From sequence record SRR20825006_1360: a stretch of DNA of 38,220 bases. The stretch is one strand, 5' to 3'. Below the pieces are notes generated by a model that saw only the letters and a program-made list of their open reading frames with translations, was not told where the DNA came from and ran no database searches. Position numbers and translations under genes: made by a program. Position 1 is the stretch's first letter. Each line of letters begins with the position of its first letter. Below are positions 18,239-27,774 of the stretch, piece after piece.

Positions 18239-19522
18239 ATGAGTAAGACATTTGAAGACCTGATCCCGAACACCCCCAAGGACCGCTACAAATATATTGA
18301 GCGGAACTACACGGTTGAAGATGTGGAGCGCCTGCGTGGCAGCCTCAAAATCGAACATACGCTCGCGGATCGCGGTTCGCGCAAATTGTGGGACCTCCTG
18401 AACACGGAAGACTATGTGCACTCGCTCGGTGCCATGACTGGCAATCAGGCCATGCAGATGGTTCGTGCGGGCCTCAAGGCAATCTATCTCTCCGGTTGGC
18501 AGGTTGCGGCTGACAGCAACACAGCTTCCGCCATGTATCCTGACCAAAGCCTTTATCCTGCAAACGCAGCACCTGAACTTGCGCGCCGCATCAATCGCAC
18601 CCTTCAGCGCGCCGACCAGATCGAGCATGCCGAAGGTGGTGTTCAGCGCGACTGGTTCGCGCCCATCGTGGCTGACGCTGAAGCTGGCTTTGGTGGCAAA
18701 CTGAACTCTTTTGAGATCATGAAAGCCTTCATCGAGGCCGGTGTTGCTGGTGTTCACTTTGAAGACCAGTTGGCGGCCGAGAAAAAGTGCGGCCACTTGG
18801 GCGGCAAAGTACTTATCCCAACCCAGCAGCATGAGCAAAACCTGCAGGCAGCACGGTTGGCCGCTGACGTTTGCGGTGTACCGTCGATCGTGATCGCACG
18901 CACCGACGCCGAGAGCGCCAAGCTGATCACCTCTGACATTGACGAGCGTGACCATGAGTTCATCATCGACCGTGACAACCGCACGCCAGAAGGCTTCTAT
19001 CACCTGAACGCCGGTGTTGATCACTGCATCAAACGTGGCCTCAGCTTCGCCAAGCATGCTGACCTTCTGTGGTGGGAAACCTCAACGCCAAACCTTGACG
19101 ACGCGAAGAAATTTGCCGAAGCGATCCAGAAAGAATTCCCCGGCAAGATGATGGCTTATAACTGTTCGCCGTCCTTCAACTGGGAAGCCAACCTGGACAA
19201 GGAAACCATTGCCAAATACCAGCGTGAGCTTGGTGCCATGGGCTACAAGTACCAATTTGTAACCCTTGCCGGTTTCCACAGCCTGAACCACGGCATGTTC
19301 CAGCTGGCGACCGGCTACCGCGACCGCGGCATGGCAGCATACTCCGAGCTTCAGCAGGCAGAGTTTGCTGCTGAGAAAGACGGTTACACCGCAACACGCC
19401 ACCAGCGCGAAGTTGGCACAGGATACTTTGATGCTGTGGCCCAAGCCATCAGTGGCGGCACCGCATCAACCACAGCCATGGGCGAATCGACCGAGACCGC
19501 TCAGTTCAAGGCTGCTGAATAA
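18239..19522 (+). CDS. aceA: Isocitrate lyase
   Basis: [20 protein letters not shown] signature, [24 protein letters not shown] 18239 after AAGGAG. Confidence 0.97.
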   Translation: MSKTFEDLIPNTPKDRYKYIERNYTVEDVERLRGSLKIEHTLADRGSRKLWDLLNTEDYVHSLGAMTGNQAMQMVRAGLKAIYLSGWQVAADSNTASAMYPDQSLYPANAAPELARRINRTLQRADQIEHAEGGVQRDWFAPIVADAEAGFGGKLNSFEIMKAFIEAGVAGVHFEDQLAAEKKCGHLGGKVLIPTQQHEQNLQAARLAADVCGVPSIVIARTDAESAKLITSDIDERDHEFIIDRDNRTPEGFYHLNAGVDHCIKRGLSFAKHADLLWWETSTPNLDDAKKFAEAIQKEFPGKMMAYNCSPSFNWEANLDKETIAKYQRELGAMGYKYQFVTLAGFHSLNHGMFQLATGYRDRGMAAYSELQQAEFAAEKDGYTATRHQREVGTGYFDAVAQAISGGTASTTAMGESTETAQFKAAE

Positions 19523-19562
19523 AGTTTGTCCCTCACACCCTGTCCACTAAATGGGTGTATCT

Positions 19563-19595
19563 GGGCCGATCCCTTTCGGGGTCGGCCCCTTTTTT
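19563..19595 (+). terminator. Rho-independent terminator of aceB-aceA
   Basis: GGGCCGATCCC-TTTC-GGGGTCGGCCC followed by C and a T run. Confidence 0.85.
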
Positions 19596-20793
19596 AACCG
19601 CCCCAGATATCCCGGTAGTAGCGTAGGAAATTACCACCCAATATTTTCTCAATCCGTCCAGATGAATGCCCGCGCCCGGCCATCATGTCGGCAAGTTGCT
19701 GGAACTGGCCCGGCCCCTGAATGTCGGGAATGAAGGGTACAACACCTTTCTTTTCACCTTTGGCTGAAATACCCGCCTTCTGGCGACGGCTGATCTCGTC
19801 ATCAATGATCTTGTGATAACCCGCCATATCGTCAATGGCCGTGGTGCCACCGTCTGTGCCAATGCCCACATGGTCTTCGCCGCATACCTTGATGGCATGC
19901 TCAATATGCAGCACCACGTCCTCGGCTGTGGGGAAACTGTCTTCCTTCAGGAAAGGCATGAAGTAGATGCCCGCTACGCCGCCTTTGTCCGCCATCAGCC
20001 TCAGTTCTTCGTCTGTCTTGTTTCGTGGCAGGTCAGCAAGCGCACGGCAACCCGTATGCGAAATGCAAATAGGGCGGCTTGAAGCCTCAATTGCGTCAAG
20101 GCAGGTTTGCTCACCCGAGTGGCTTAGGTCCACAACTGTGTTGGTCGCGTTCAGCCGCGCTACAACCTCTCGCCCAAACTCCGTCAGGCCCTTGTTCTCC
20201 GCTTCCATGCTGCCGTCGCCAAGCTGGTTGCGGCCATTATAGGTAAGCTGGATAACCTTGACACCCAGCCCTGCGAACATGTCAACGCGCTCGGCATTGT
20301 CTCCCATCATGGCACTGTTCTGGAAACCCATGATGATGCCGATCTTACCCTCGCGTTTTGCCCTCTCGATATCTGCTGCTGTCCACACCTTCAAAAGTTT
20401 GTCGCTATGATGATTTATGATGCGGTTCCAACGTGCGATCTCACCCACGGTATATTCAAACGGGTCTTCTGGCCCTGCCACATACCCAAGCGTCTGGTTC
20501 ACGGCGGTTGTGCCGGACGCAAAAGCATCCCTGAGTGCACGTGGATCAAGGCTAAGTGCCTTTGACCCAGCGACCGGGTTGGCCTTCTTGTCGCTTGGCA
20601 ACATTCGGAGGTTGGGGTTCGAAATGCCGCCAAGATTATTGATCAGAATGATATCCTGCAGGCCTGTGTAACGGTCCGCATTTGCCAGCGCAGAAAAGCT
20701 TGCGCCCATCAAAGGCAAAGCACTGGCAGCACCGATGCTCAGGCGCAGAAAGTCCCGCCGGGCAAACCCGGTACTTTTGTCAAAATCCACCAT
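19594..20793 (-). CDS. Membrane dipeptidase (peptidase M19) family protein with a Tat signal
   Basis: ARRDFLRL twin-arginine motif; IQLTYN, GLTEFGREVV, VDLSH, ISHTGC, PRNKTDE, DHVGIGTD, KILGGN. Confidence 0.9.
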   Translation of the reverse strand: MVDFDKSTGFARRDFLRLSIGAASALPLMGASFSALANADRYTGLQDIILINNLGGISNPNLRMLPSDKKANPVAGSKALSLDPRALRDAFASGTTAVNQTLGYVAGPEDPFEYTVGEIARWNRIINHHSDKLLKVWTAADIERAKREGKIGIIMGFQNSAMMGDNAERVDMFAGLGVKVIQLTYNGRNQLGDGSMEAENKGLTEFGREVVARLNATNTVVDLSHSGEQTCLDAIEASSRPICISHTGCRALADLPRNKTDEELRLMADKGGVAGIYFMPFLKEDSFPTAEDVVLHIEHAIKVCGEDHVGIGTDGGTTAIDDMAGYHKIIDDEISRRQKAGISAKGEKKGVVPFIPDIQGPGQFQQLADMMAGRGHSSGRIEKILGGNFLRYYRDIWGG

Positions 20794-20841
20794 TGTCAGT
20801 TCCCTCTCCCGAGCTGCGGTTTGTGCGCAGACCCTTCATTA

Positions 20842-22218
20842 TTAGTTGGTTAATTCTTCTTCCGTAACCGGCACATAATCTGCGCGCGAGTATGGCTTGC
20901 CACCTTTTACCGTGAGCACTACGGAGCGCAGGTTTTTGATATCCTCTGCGGGGTTTTGGCTAACAAACAGTATGTCAGCCCGCTTGCCCACCTCAAGCGT
21001 GCCCCGGTCATGCTCAAGCCCAACCACGCGCGCACCGTTCAGCGTCGCCGCGCGGATCACCTCAAGCGGCGTTAAACCTGCACCCCCCACCAGCGTTTCA
21101 AGTTCATCAAATAGTGCAGGATAGGCAGCACCCGCTGGCAACACCACGTCCGTGCCTGTCGAAATCTCAACCCCTTGCGCATGGGCAAAGGCGGTCAGCT
21201 TTGCCGCGAATTCCGGCGGGCATATAGCTGGCCCTGCCTTGCGAGCGGGCCTGTTTTTGCGGCGCTCTTCAAGGTGCGTGTAAAGCCACAAGGTCGCATC
21301 CAATATTGTACCCTGCGCTTTCATCCGGTCATAAAGTGCCTTCAGCCGGTCATCCGACGGGTCCAGCGTACCGTATGGGAGTGCTACGCTGTGGTGATAC
21401 TCAGCCGGTTTTTCGTCTGCGAGCTCCCACGCCAATCTGCACACGTGGGAAATAACATCCACCCCTGCACCCACCACCTCACCCGGCGTCGCGGGAAACA
21501 CCATGCTGTGCGCCCAGATTTTAAAGCCCTGAAGTTGCGCTTCAGAGGCAATTCGGCGGACCTCCTCACCCGGCAAATTCGCGTAAATTTTTATTCCCGT
21601 TGCCCATGTACCGCGCGCCAGAGTTACGGCCTCTGTCATATTGGTCTCAGACGTGATCGCCTGCATCCATGGCACCTGGCCTGCAACCTCACCCTCGGCA
21701 GCTGACCCCGGCCTTGGGTCCTTGAAAAAGCTTGGGCCTGCCATCAGGGCTGAATAATAAAGGTCTGGTGCAGGGATTTTCTGGAGCCTGCTTTCACGTG
21801 CCAGCTCAGCAAGGGCGCGCATATCACCCGCCATGTCCCGCACGCTTGTGATACCGCTATAAATATAGCGCCGCATCAGCGCACGAGCCTTTGGCAAGTT
21901 CGGCATCGTGGCCATATGCACATGCGTATCAATGAGGCCTGGAAGGGCATACCAGTCGCCTGCATCCACTTGTTCGGTGTCTTCAGGCATCGTAGCTGTG
22001 AGTTCCGCCGACGGCCCGATCTTGATAATCCGGTCACCCTTCACGAGGATCGCCATACCTGCCTGCAGGGGCGTGCCAGTACCGTCGATGAGTGATAGCC
22101 CGCTATATAGCGTGAAGGTTTCTTGCTCTGCACCCGCGCCCTCTGCCAGCACCGAAACTGGCGCAAGCACCGCAATCCACAATAGCGACACCGCCGCACG
22201 CAAAGCCTTCATTTTCAT
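20842..22218 (-). CDS. Exported amidohydrolase family protein
   Basis: Sec signal; LPGLIDTHVH, GITSVRD, IKIY, WAH, GTD, RAATLNGA, GTLEVGKRAD. Confidence 0.9.
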   Translation of the reverse strand: MKMKALRAAVSLLWIAVLAPVSVLAEGAGAEQETFTLYSGLSLIDGTGTPLQAGMAILVKGDRIIKIGPSAELTATMPEDTEQVDAGDWYALPGLIDTHVHMATMPNLPKARALMRRYIYSGITSVRDMAGDMRALAELARESRLQKIPAPDLYYSALMAGPSFFKDPRPGSAAEGEVAGQVPWMQAITSETNMTEAVTLARGTWATGIKIYANLPGEEVRRIASEAQLQGFKIWAHSMVFPATPGEVVGAGVDVISHVCRLAWELADEKPAEYHHSVALPYGTLDPSDDRLKALYDRMKAQGTILDATLWLYTHLEERRKNRPARKAGPAICPPEFAAKLTAFAHAQGVEISTGTDVVLPAGAAYPALFDELETLVGGAGLTPLEVIRAATLNGARVVGLEHDRGTLEVGKRADILFVSQNPAEDIKNLRSVVLTVKGGKPYSRADYVPVTEEELTN

Positions 22219-22455
22219 CCCCCGTCATCGGTTTTCCTCAATACAGTATCGCTGCATCGCAAAACAACGACGGTAGTCTGGCTTAGGTAGGTTTGGAAAT
22301 CCACCCTCCTGTGCACGCACGCCGAAGCTGGGCAGCATAAGCGCCTCAAAGATATCTGGATCAAGAGATAAGGGGATCAACTCTTTTTTATTGCGCGGGA
22401 AATGCTATATGAAAGCAAAGCCAACGGCCAACCCTGTCAGATTTAGGAATTTAGT

Positions 22456-22776
22456 ATGGTTAAAGTGTCCGTGACCAACCTCGCCGGTCAAACCCAAACG
22501 ATCGAAGCGGAGGAGGGGCTCTCCCTTATGGAAAACATCCGCAATAATGACTTTGACGACCTTGCCGCCATTTGTGGCGGTTGCTGCAGTTGCTGTACCT
22601 GCCATGTTTATGTGGATGCGGGGAATTATGCTGACCTGCCAGCGATGGAAGACGACGAGCAGTATCTTCTGGAAGATAGTGAGCACTTCCAGGATGGCGC
22701 TTCACGGCTATCCTGCCAGATTGAGGTAGATGGCTCGATGGACGGCCTCAAGGTCACCATTGCGCCGGAAGCCTAA
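22456..22776 (+). CDS. 2Fe-2S ferredoxin (adrenodoxin/putidaredoxin type)
   Basis: CGGCCSCCTCHVYV...SRLSCQI; AGGA RBS. Confidence 0.93.
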   Translation: MVKVSVTNLAGQTQTIEAEEGLSLMENIRNNDFDDLAAICGGCCSCCTCHVYVDAGNYADLPAMEDDEQYLLEDSEHFQDGASRLSCQIEVDGSMDGLKVTIAPEA

Positions 22777-22806
22777 CTCACACACACCGCCCATCAGGAG
22801 CTCATC

Positions 22807-24192
22807 ATGGCCCAAACGCCTACTCTTTTGACTATCAAACACAATGCGAAAGCCATACCCGTTCGCATCGTAAGTGCTGAGCTCCTTGAACAACAATCAA
22901 AAGACATCCGGGCCTGGGCCAAAGCCTCCCGGTTTAACGCTGACGCGGGTCAGTTCTTGCGTGTACCGAGCAAGGAAGGTGTGGAAGCTGTCCTCATCGG
23001 CACCGGCGGCGAATCGCTTACTCCCTGGAGTTTCGCTGACGCTGCCGCAAACCTGAGTGAGGGTGCGTACGCACTGGAAGGCACGGCTGCAGGCGAATGC
23101 GAGATAGCCGCACTCGGCTGGTGCTTGGCACAATATCGCTTCGACCGCTACCGCAGTGATGAGAACAACGGCCCACGTACGTTGGTCCTACCAGAAGGCA
23201 CCAACGTTGAAGCAATCGAACGACTTGTTGCCTCCATTTGTCTGGTGCGCGACCTTGTCAACACTCCAGCGGAGCACATGGGGCCCGCTGACTTGCAGGA
23301 CGCCGCCGAGGCTCTGACGGAAGAGTTTGGCGGAAGCTGCACCACAACAGTAGGCGAAGACCTGCTTGATGAAAACTTTCCCGCTATTCATGCTGTTGGC
23401 CGCGCTGCAGCCGAAGGCCGGGAACCTCGCCTGATTGACCTCCGGTGGGGCGATAGAGGACCAAAACTGGCCATTGTTGGCAAGGGCGTGTGTTTCGATA
23501 CTGGCGGACTGGACCTCAAACCGGCATCCGGCATGCTGATCATGAAAAAGGACATGGGCGGCGCAGCCCACGCGCTCGGGCTAGCCCGCCTGATTATGGC
23601 ATCAGACCTTAAAGTGCAGCTCCGCATGCTGATCCCCGCCGTTGAAAATGCCGTGAGTGGTAATGCCTATCGCCCCGGCGATGTGATCGCCACCCGCAAG
23701 GGCTTTTCTGTCGAGATTGGCAATACGGATGCCGAGGGCCGCGTGGTGCTATGTGACGCGCTAACGCTCGCCTGCGAAGACAATCCAGATCTGTTGATGG
23801 ATTTTGCAACCCTTACCGGCGCCGCACGCGTCGCTTTGGGGCCCGACCTTCCCGCGACCTATAGCAACCATGACCCACTTTGGGCAGCGCTCGAAAAGGC
23901 TGCGACGGACCAGCAGGACCCGCTGTGGCGCATGCCGCTGTGGGGCCCTTATGATGCCATGCTTAAGAGCGAAATCGCCGACATGAACAATACTGCAGAT
24001 GGTCCGTTTGGCGGGTCAATCACTGCCGCGCTTTACCTTCAGCGTTTCGTGGAGAAATCTGTGCCGTGGGTGCATTTTGATGTCTTTTCCTGGATGCCTG
24101 CTGCCAAACCGGGCCGGCCAAAAGGTGGCGAGGCGCAGGGTCTGCGCGCCAGCTTTGACGCCTTGAAAAGTTTCTTGAAGCTTGACGCATAG
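22807..24192 (+). CDS. Leucyl aminopeptidase (M17)
   Basis: VGKGVCFDTGGLDLK, MKKDMGGAA, NTDAEGR, DFATLTGA, WVHFD. Confidence 0.95.
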   Translation: MAQTPTLLTIKHNAKAIPVRIVSAELLEQQSKDIRAWAKASRFNADAGQFLRVPSKEGVEAVLIGTGGESLTPWSFADAAANLSEGAYALEGTAAGECEIAALGWCLAQYRFDRYRSDENNGPRTLVLPEGTNVEAIERLVASICLVRDLVNTPAEHMGPADLQDAAEALTEEFGGSCTTTVGEDLLDENFPAIHAVGRAAAEGREPRLIDLRWGDRGPKLAIVGKGVCFDTGGLDLKPASGMLIMKKDMGGAAHALGLARLIMASDLKVQLRMLIPAVENAVSGNAYRPGDVIATRKGFSVEIGNTDAEGRVVLCDALTLACEDNPDLLMDFATLTGAARVALGPDLPATYSNHDPLWAALEKAATDQQDPLWRMPLWGPYDAMLKSEIADMNNTADGPFGGSITAALYLQRFVEKSVPWVHFDVFSWMPAAKPGRPKGGEAQGLRASFDALKSFLKLDA

Positions 24193-24266
24193 GGTGCAAA
24201 CAGGCAGTCTTTAGAGCAATCCCGTGTAGCGTTTTCGGGGATCATTCCGGTAAAGGAACGGATACA

Positions 24267-24632
24267 GTGGCCGAGAAAACGAACCCGCGCATGTTGAAAA
24301 TCTGGCACACCGCAAACCTTGACGGTGTGCGGTCAGACGCTCCTGACCTGACCATGCGGCAAATGACCCTTCTCCTGACAGTTTATATGACCAGAGATCC
24401 ACACACTGTGCGGGGTCTGGCGGCCAAAATGAATGTAACCAAGCCGGTGATTACCCGCGCCCTTGATACACTGGGCCGTATGGGCCTCATCAAGCGCAAA
24501 CGGGACGAAAGCGACCGCCGCAATGTGCTGGTGCAGCGCACGGTGAAAGGTGCTGTATATCTGAGCGAAGTATCTGACCGCATCCTGGCGGCAGAAAAGC
24601 TCGTTGACGAGGACATGGGCGACTATGAATGA
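24267..24632 (+). CDS. MarR-family transcriptional regulator
   Basis: DLTMRQ...PHTVRGLAAKMNVTKPVITRALD...RDESDRR winged HTH; GTG start after AAGGA. Confidence 0.9.
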   Translation: MAEKTNPRMLKIWHTANLDGVRSDAPDLTMRQMTLLLTVYMTRDPHTVRGLAAKMNVTKPVITRALDTLGRMGLIKRKRDESDRRNVLVQRTVKGAVYLSEVSDRILAAEKLVDEDMGDYE

Positions 24633-25491
24633 CCTGCTTCATTCTTTTGGCCTGCCCGCGCTACATGATCCTGAAGATTACCTCTCCACATCCTCGCGGC
24701 TAGTAAAGGCTACCCAGATCGACGGGGTCGTCATCCGCCCGGTCACCGCCCTCAAGGTAAAACCTGAAAGTACGTCTGAGACCTTAAGCGAAGTGCTTTA
24801 TGGTGAACCTGTGCAATTGCTTGCGGAGATCCCGGGCTGGTGGTTCATGGCCTCAATTATTGACGGCTATATGGGGTGGGTCACAGAAAGTGCTATTGCC
24901 GAGTTTGAGGTACTGCCCACGCACCGGGTAAGCGCACCCCTTACCCATGTGTACCTAGAGCCATCCCTCAAGTCAGAGCCTCAGGTCATATTGCCCATGG
25001 GAGCATACCTCACACTACCGGGCCCGGTTGAAAACGGCTTTGCAGAAACAGCGTTTGAAGGATGGGTTTTTGAGAAGCACCTGACCGCCATTGGCAAAAC
25101 TGAGGCAGATGAGGATGTTGTCACGGTGGCAGAGCAATTTATTGGCTCACCCTACCTTTGGGGTGGCCGGTCGAAATTGGGCATCGACTGTTCCGGCCTT
25201 ATCCAACTGACACTCGCCCATGCTGGTTTCCGGGTATTGCGTGACAGTGGCCCGCAGTTAAGAAGCCTCGGGCGTGCGCTGTCGGCCCATGAGAAACCGT
25301 GCCGGGGCGACCTAGCCTTTTTCCCCGGGCATGTGGGGTGGATGATTGACGGGGTGCATCTTCTGCACGCGAACGCCACCAACATGGCTGTTACAATCGA
25401 CCCTGTAGACGAGGTAACCGGATGGGTACAAGCCGATCTGGACAGAAAGCCGCAGGCAGGCCCCGCCTTCCTGGGCTATCGCAGGCTTTAG
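24625..25491 (+). CDS. NlpC/P60 (C40) peptidase with an N-terminal SH3b-like region
   Basis: SEVLYGE...DGYMGWV SH3-like region; PYLWGG, GIDCSG, FFPGHVG, LHAN catalytic motifs; ATG 24625 overlaps the MarR stop. Confidence 0.9.
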   Translation: MNDLLHSFGLPALHDPEDYLSTSSRLVKATQIDGVVIRPVTALKVKPESTSETLSEVLYGEPVQLLAEIPGWWFMASIIDGYMGWVTESAIAEFEVLPTHRVSAPLTHVYLEPSLKSEPQVILPMGAYLTLPGPVENGFAETAFEGWVFEKHLTAIGKTEADEDVVTVAEQFIGSPYLWGGRSKLGIDCSGLIQLTLAHAGFRVLRDSGPQLRSLGRALSAHEKPCRGDLAFFPGHVGWMIDGVHLLHANATNMAVTIDPVDEVTGWVQADLDRKPQAGPAFLGYRRL

Positions 25492-25509
25492 GTCTACCAA
25501 GCTATCCTC

Positions 25510-25544
25510 AAAAGAAAGGCGGCGCACCCAATAGGGCCACCGCC
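25510..25544 (-). terminator. Rho-independent terminator of cycM
   Basis: Minus strand GGCGGTGGCCCTATTGGGTGCGCCGCC followed by TTTCTTTT. Confidence 0.65.
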
Positions 25545-25572
25545 AATCCGCTCCCTTGAACGAAGCTAATTC

Positions 25573-26181
25573 TTAGTTGGATGCCTCTTCAGCGCCTTCT
25601 TCGGCCATTTCAGCATCGCCATCCACTGCTTCTTCAGCAGCTTCTTCTTCCGCAACTACCTCAGGCAAAGCCGGTGGGTTGTCAGAGAAAGTGCGAAGAT
25701 ACGCAATCAGGTCAGCACGCTGCTCGTCTTTCCGGATACCTGCAAACGCCATGGACGTACCAGGAACCGTATTTTTCGGACTAGCGAGCCATTCGTTCAT
25801 CAACTCATACGTCCATGTGCCGCCATGTTCTGACAGCGCACCGGAATACCTAAAGCCATCAGTCGCAGCAACGTCACGGCCAAGAACACCATAGAGATTT
25901 GGGCCAGTACCATCACGACCACCATTTTCTACCGTGTGGCAGCTCTTACACTTGGCGAACTGACGCTCGCCTTTGCTCGCGTCTGCGGTCTGCAGCAGCT
26001 CAGCGAGCGACGGGCCTTCTTCCACAACTTCTTCCGCAGCATCCGTTGAAGCGACTTCAACGGTGAATGCTGGTTTGGCGTGTTCTTCGTGGAAAACGCT
26101 TTCGGCCACCATTGAGATCACCATGATCAAAAGGGCAGACGAAAGAACAGCCGCAAATACTTTATTCGATTCTAAGGACAC
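25573..26181 (-). CDS. cycM: Membrane-anchored class I cytochrome c (CycM / cytochrome c552 type)
   Basis: N-terminal anchor (ESNKVFAAVL), CKSCH heme motif, GPNLYGV, PGTSMAFAG axial Met, acidic tail; GTG start after AAGGAG. Confidence 0.9.
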   Translation of the reverse strand: MSLESNKVFAAVLSSALLIMVISMVAESVFHEEHAKPAFTVEVASTDAAEEVVEEGPSLAELLQTADASKGERQFAKCKSCHTVENGGRDGTGPNLYGVLGRDVAATDGFRYSGALSEHGGTWTYELMNEWLASPKNTVPGTSMAFAGIRKDEQRADLIAYLRTFSDNPPALPEVVAEEEAAEEAVDGDAEMAEEGAEEASN

Positions 26182-26477
26182 AGGCTCTTCTCCTTGCAGG
26201 CGAGCAACTGGATAACAATGGCCCGCCCCTAGATTTCCCTGACAGACGCAGACCGGTAATTCGGGCGCGACAATAGCCGCTCATGACCCTGATTTTCAAG
26301 TCGTCATTTGCACCATTTTCGCACCTATTGGCAAAAAACAGCATTTTTTTCACTTCTTTTCCATGAGGCATAAGCGCACAGGGCCATAATCAGCCACTTA
26401 GCGCGTTGACTTGACCGGATTGCATTGGCACAAGGTCTTTGCATTTGTTTCAAAAATTTCCGGGTGAGTAAAATATC

Positions 26478-27350
26478 ATGACAGGCCAGCCAACAGCGCC
26501 CAAGGGTGCCGCTGAAAACAAGATCGCCTTCCAGGGCGAACTGGGTGCTTATTCCCACATGGCATGCCTGGCCAAGTTTCCAGATATGGAGGTATTACCC
26601 TGCCCAAGTTTTGAGGATGCCCTTGCCGCTACAAAAAACGGACTTGCCCGGCTTGCAATGATTCCAATTGAAAATTCAACCGCCGGCCGCGTGGCAGATA
26701 TTCATATCCTGCTGCCAGACAGTGGCCTTTATATTATTGGTGAGCATTTTGAGACCATTCGCCACTGCCTTCTGTGCCACAAGGGTGCGAGCGAAGAAAC
26801 GCTGACCCGCGTGACAAGCCACGTACAAGCTATAGGGCAATGCCGCAAAAACCTGCGCGCGCTAGGGCTCGAGCGCTTGCCTTTTGCAGACACCGCAGGC
26901 TCCGCTAAACATGTGGCACAAGTAGGTGACCCAACGCTTGGTGCCATTGCCAGCGAACTGGCGGCTGAAGTGCACGGGCTCAAAATTCTGCGCAAAGACT
27001 TTCAGGACGAGGGACATAATACAACGCGCTTCGTCGTGCTTTCGCAAACACCGGTTGCCGTGGATGAGATTGAAGGACCCGTGATGACGAGCTTCACCTT
27101 TGAGGTCCGCAATATCCCGGCAGCCCTTTATAAAGCCCTTGGCGGCTTTGCCACCAACAGCGTGAACATGACCAAGCTTGAGAGCTATTACGAATCGAAT
27201 AGCTTCACCGCCACAGAGTTTTATGCCGACATTGAGGGCCATGAAGGCATGGAAAACGTACACCGTGCCATGGAAGAACTTCGCTTCCATACCAAGCGGG
27301 TCCGTATCCTTGGCACCTACGGACAGGAACGCCCTCGCGGTGTAAGCTAA
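26478..27350 (+). CDS. pheA: Prephenate dehydratase
   Basis: IAFQGELGAYSH, PIENSTAGRV, NTTRF, ACT domain NMTKLESY. Confidence 0.95.
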   Translation: MTGQPTAPKGAAENKIAFQGELGAYSHMACLAKFPDMEVLPCPSFEDALAATKNGLARLAMIPIENSTAGRVADIHILLPDSGLYIIGEHFETIRHCLLCHKGASEETLTRVTSHVQAIGQCRKNLRALGLERLPFADTAGSAKHVAQVGDPTLGAIASELAAEVHGLKILRKDFQDEGHNTTRFVVLSQTPVAVDEIEGPVMTSFTFEVRNIPAALYKALGGFATNSVNMTKLESYYESNSFTATEFYADIEGHEGMENVHRAMEELRFHTKRVRILGTYGQERPRGVS

Positions 27351-27366
27351 GGGCCCCTTAGGCCTC

Positions 27367-27762
27367 TTAGGCCGCTTTGAGCGCCCTGTCCGGCATCACA
27401 TAATGATGTTTAGCATAGTCGCTATCTAGCGTTTCGCGGGTATAATATTGCTCCAGCACTGACGGCTTGGCCAGCAGGTCTTCATTATCACCCAAAAACG
27501 ATTCGAAATCTGTGTGTGCACCACGCCGCTGTCGCTCATTGATGATCATCAGATACGCCCAGGTGATAGTCTCGTGGTAGAGGCCGTCTGCACCGTTTAG
27601 CTTCGCCCAGTTGATCAGCCTTGCGCGAAACCGCTCAATCGCTTCTGTCAGTGTAAAACGCGAAACATAGATCCACGCCAAATGCACATGAACCTTGTGG
27701 CTGAAAGCCTCGCGTGACAATACGCCGCTCTCGAATGTGCGAAATAGATTCAGGTCGTTCAT
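27367..27762 (-). CDS. Conserved-looking hypothetical protein with HxxHxxxAW and YHETIT motifs
   Basis: 131 aa; strong RBS TAAGGAGG that includes the upstream stop codon; helical pattern FSHKVHVHLAW...YHETITWAY. Confidence 0.8.
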   Translation of the reverse strand: MNDLNLFRTFESGVLSREAFSHKVHVHLAWIYVSRFTLTEAIERFRARLINWAKLNGADGLYHETITWAYLMIINERQRRGAHTDFESFLGDNEDLLAKPSVLEQYYTRETLDSDYAKHHYVMPDRALKAA

Positions 27763-27774
27763 TGTTTTGCCTCC

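Noticed and set aside
26426-26443. Sigma54-like TGGCAC...TTGCA upstream of pheA
   Set aside because: 12 nt separate GG and GC, which is the wrong spacing.
27348-27369. Short palindrome TAAGGGCCCCTTA between the convergent pheA and hypothetical-gene stops
   Set aside because: Too short, almost no loop and no T tract, so it cannot be called a terminator or an insertion scar.
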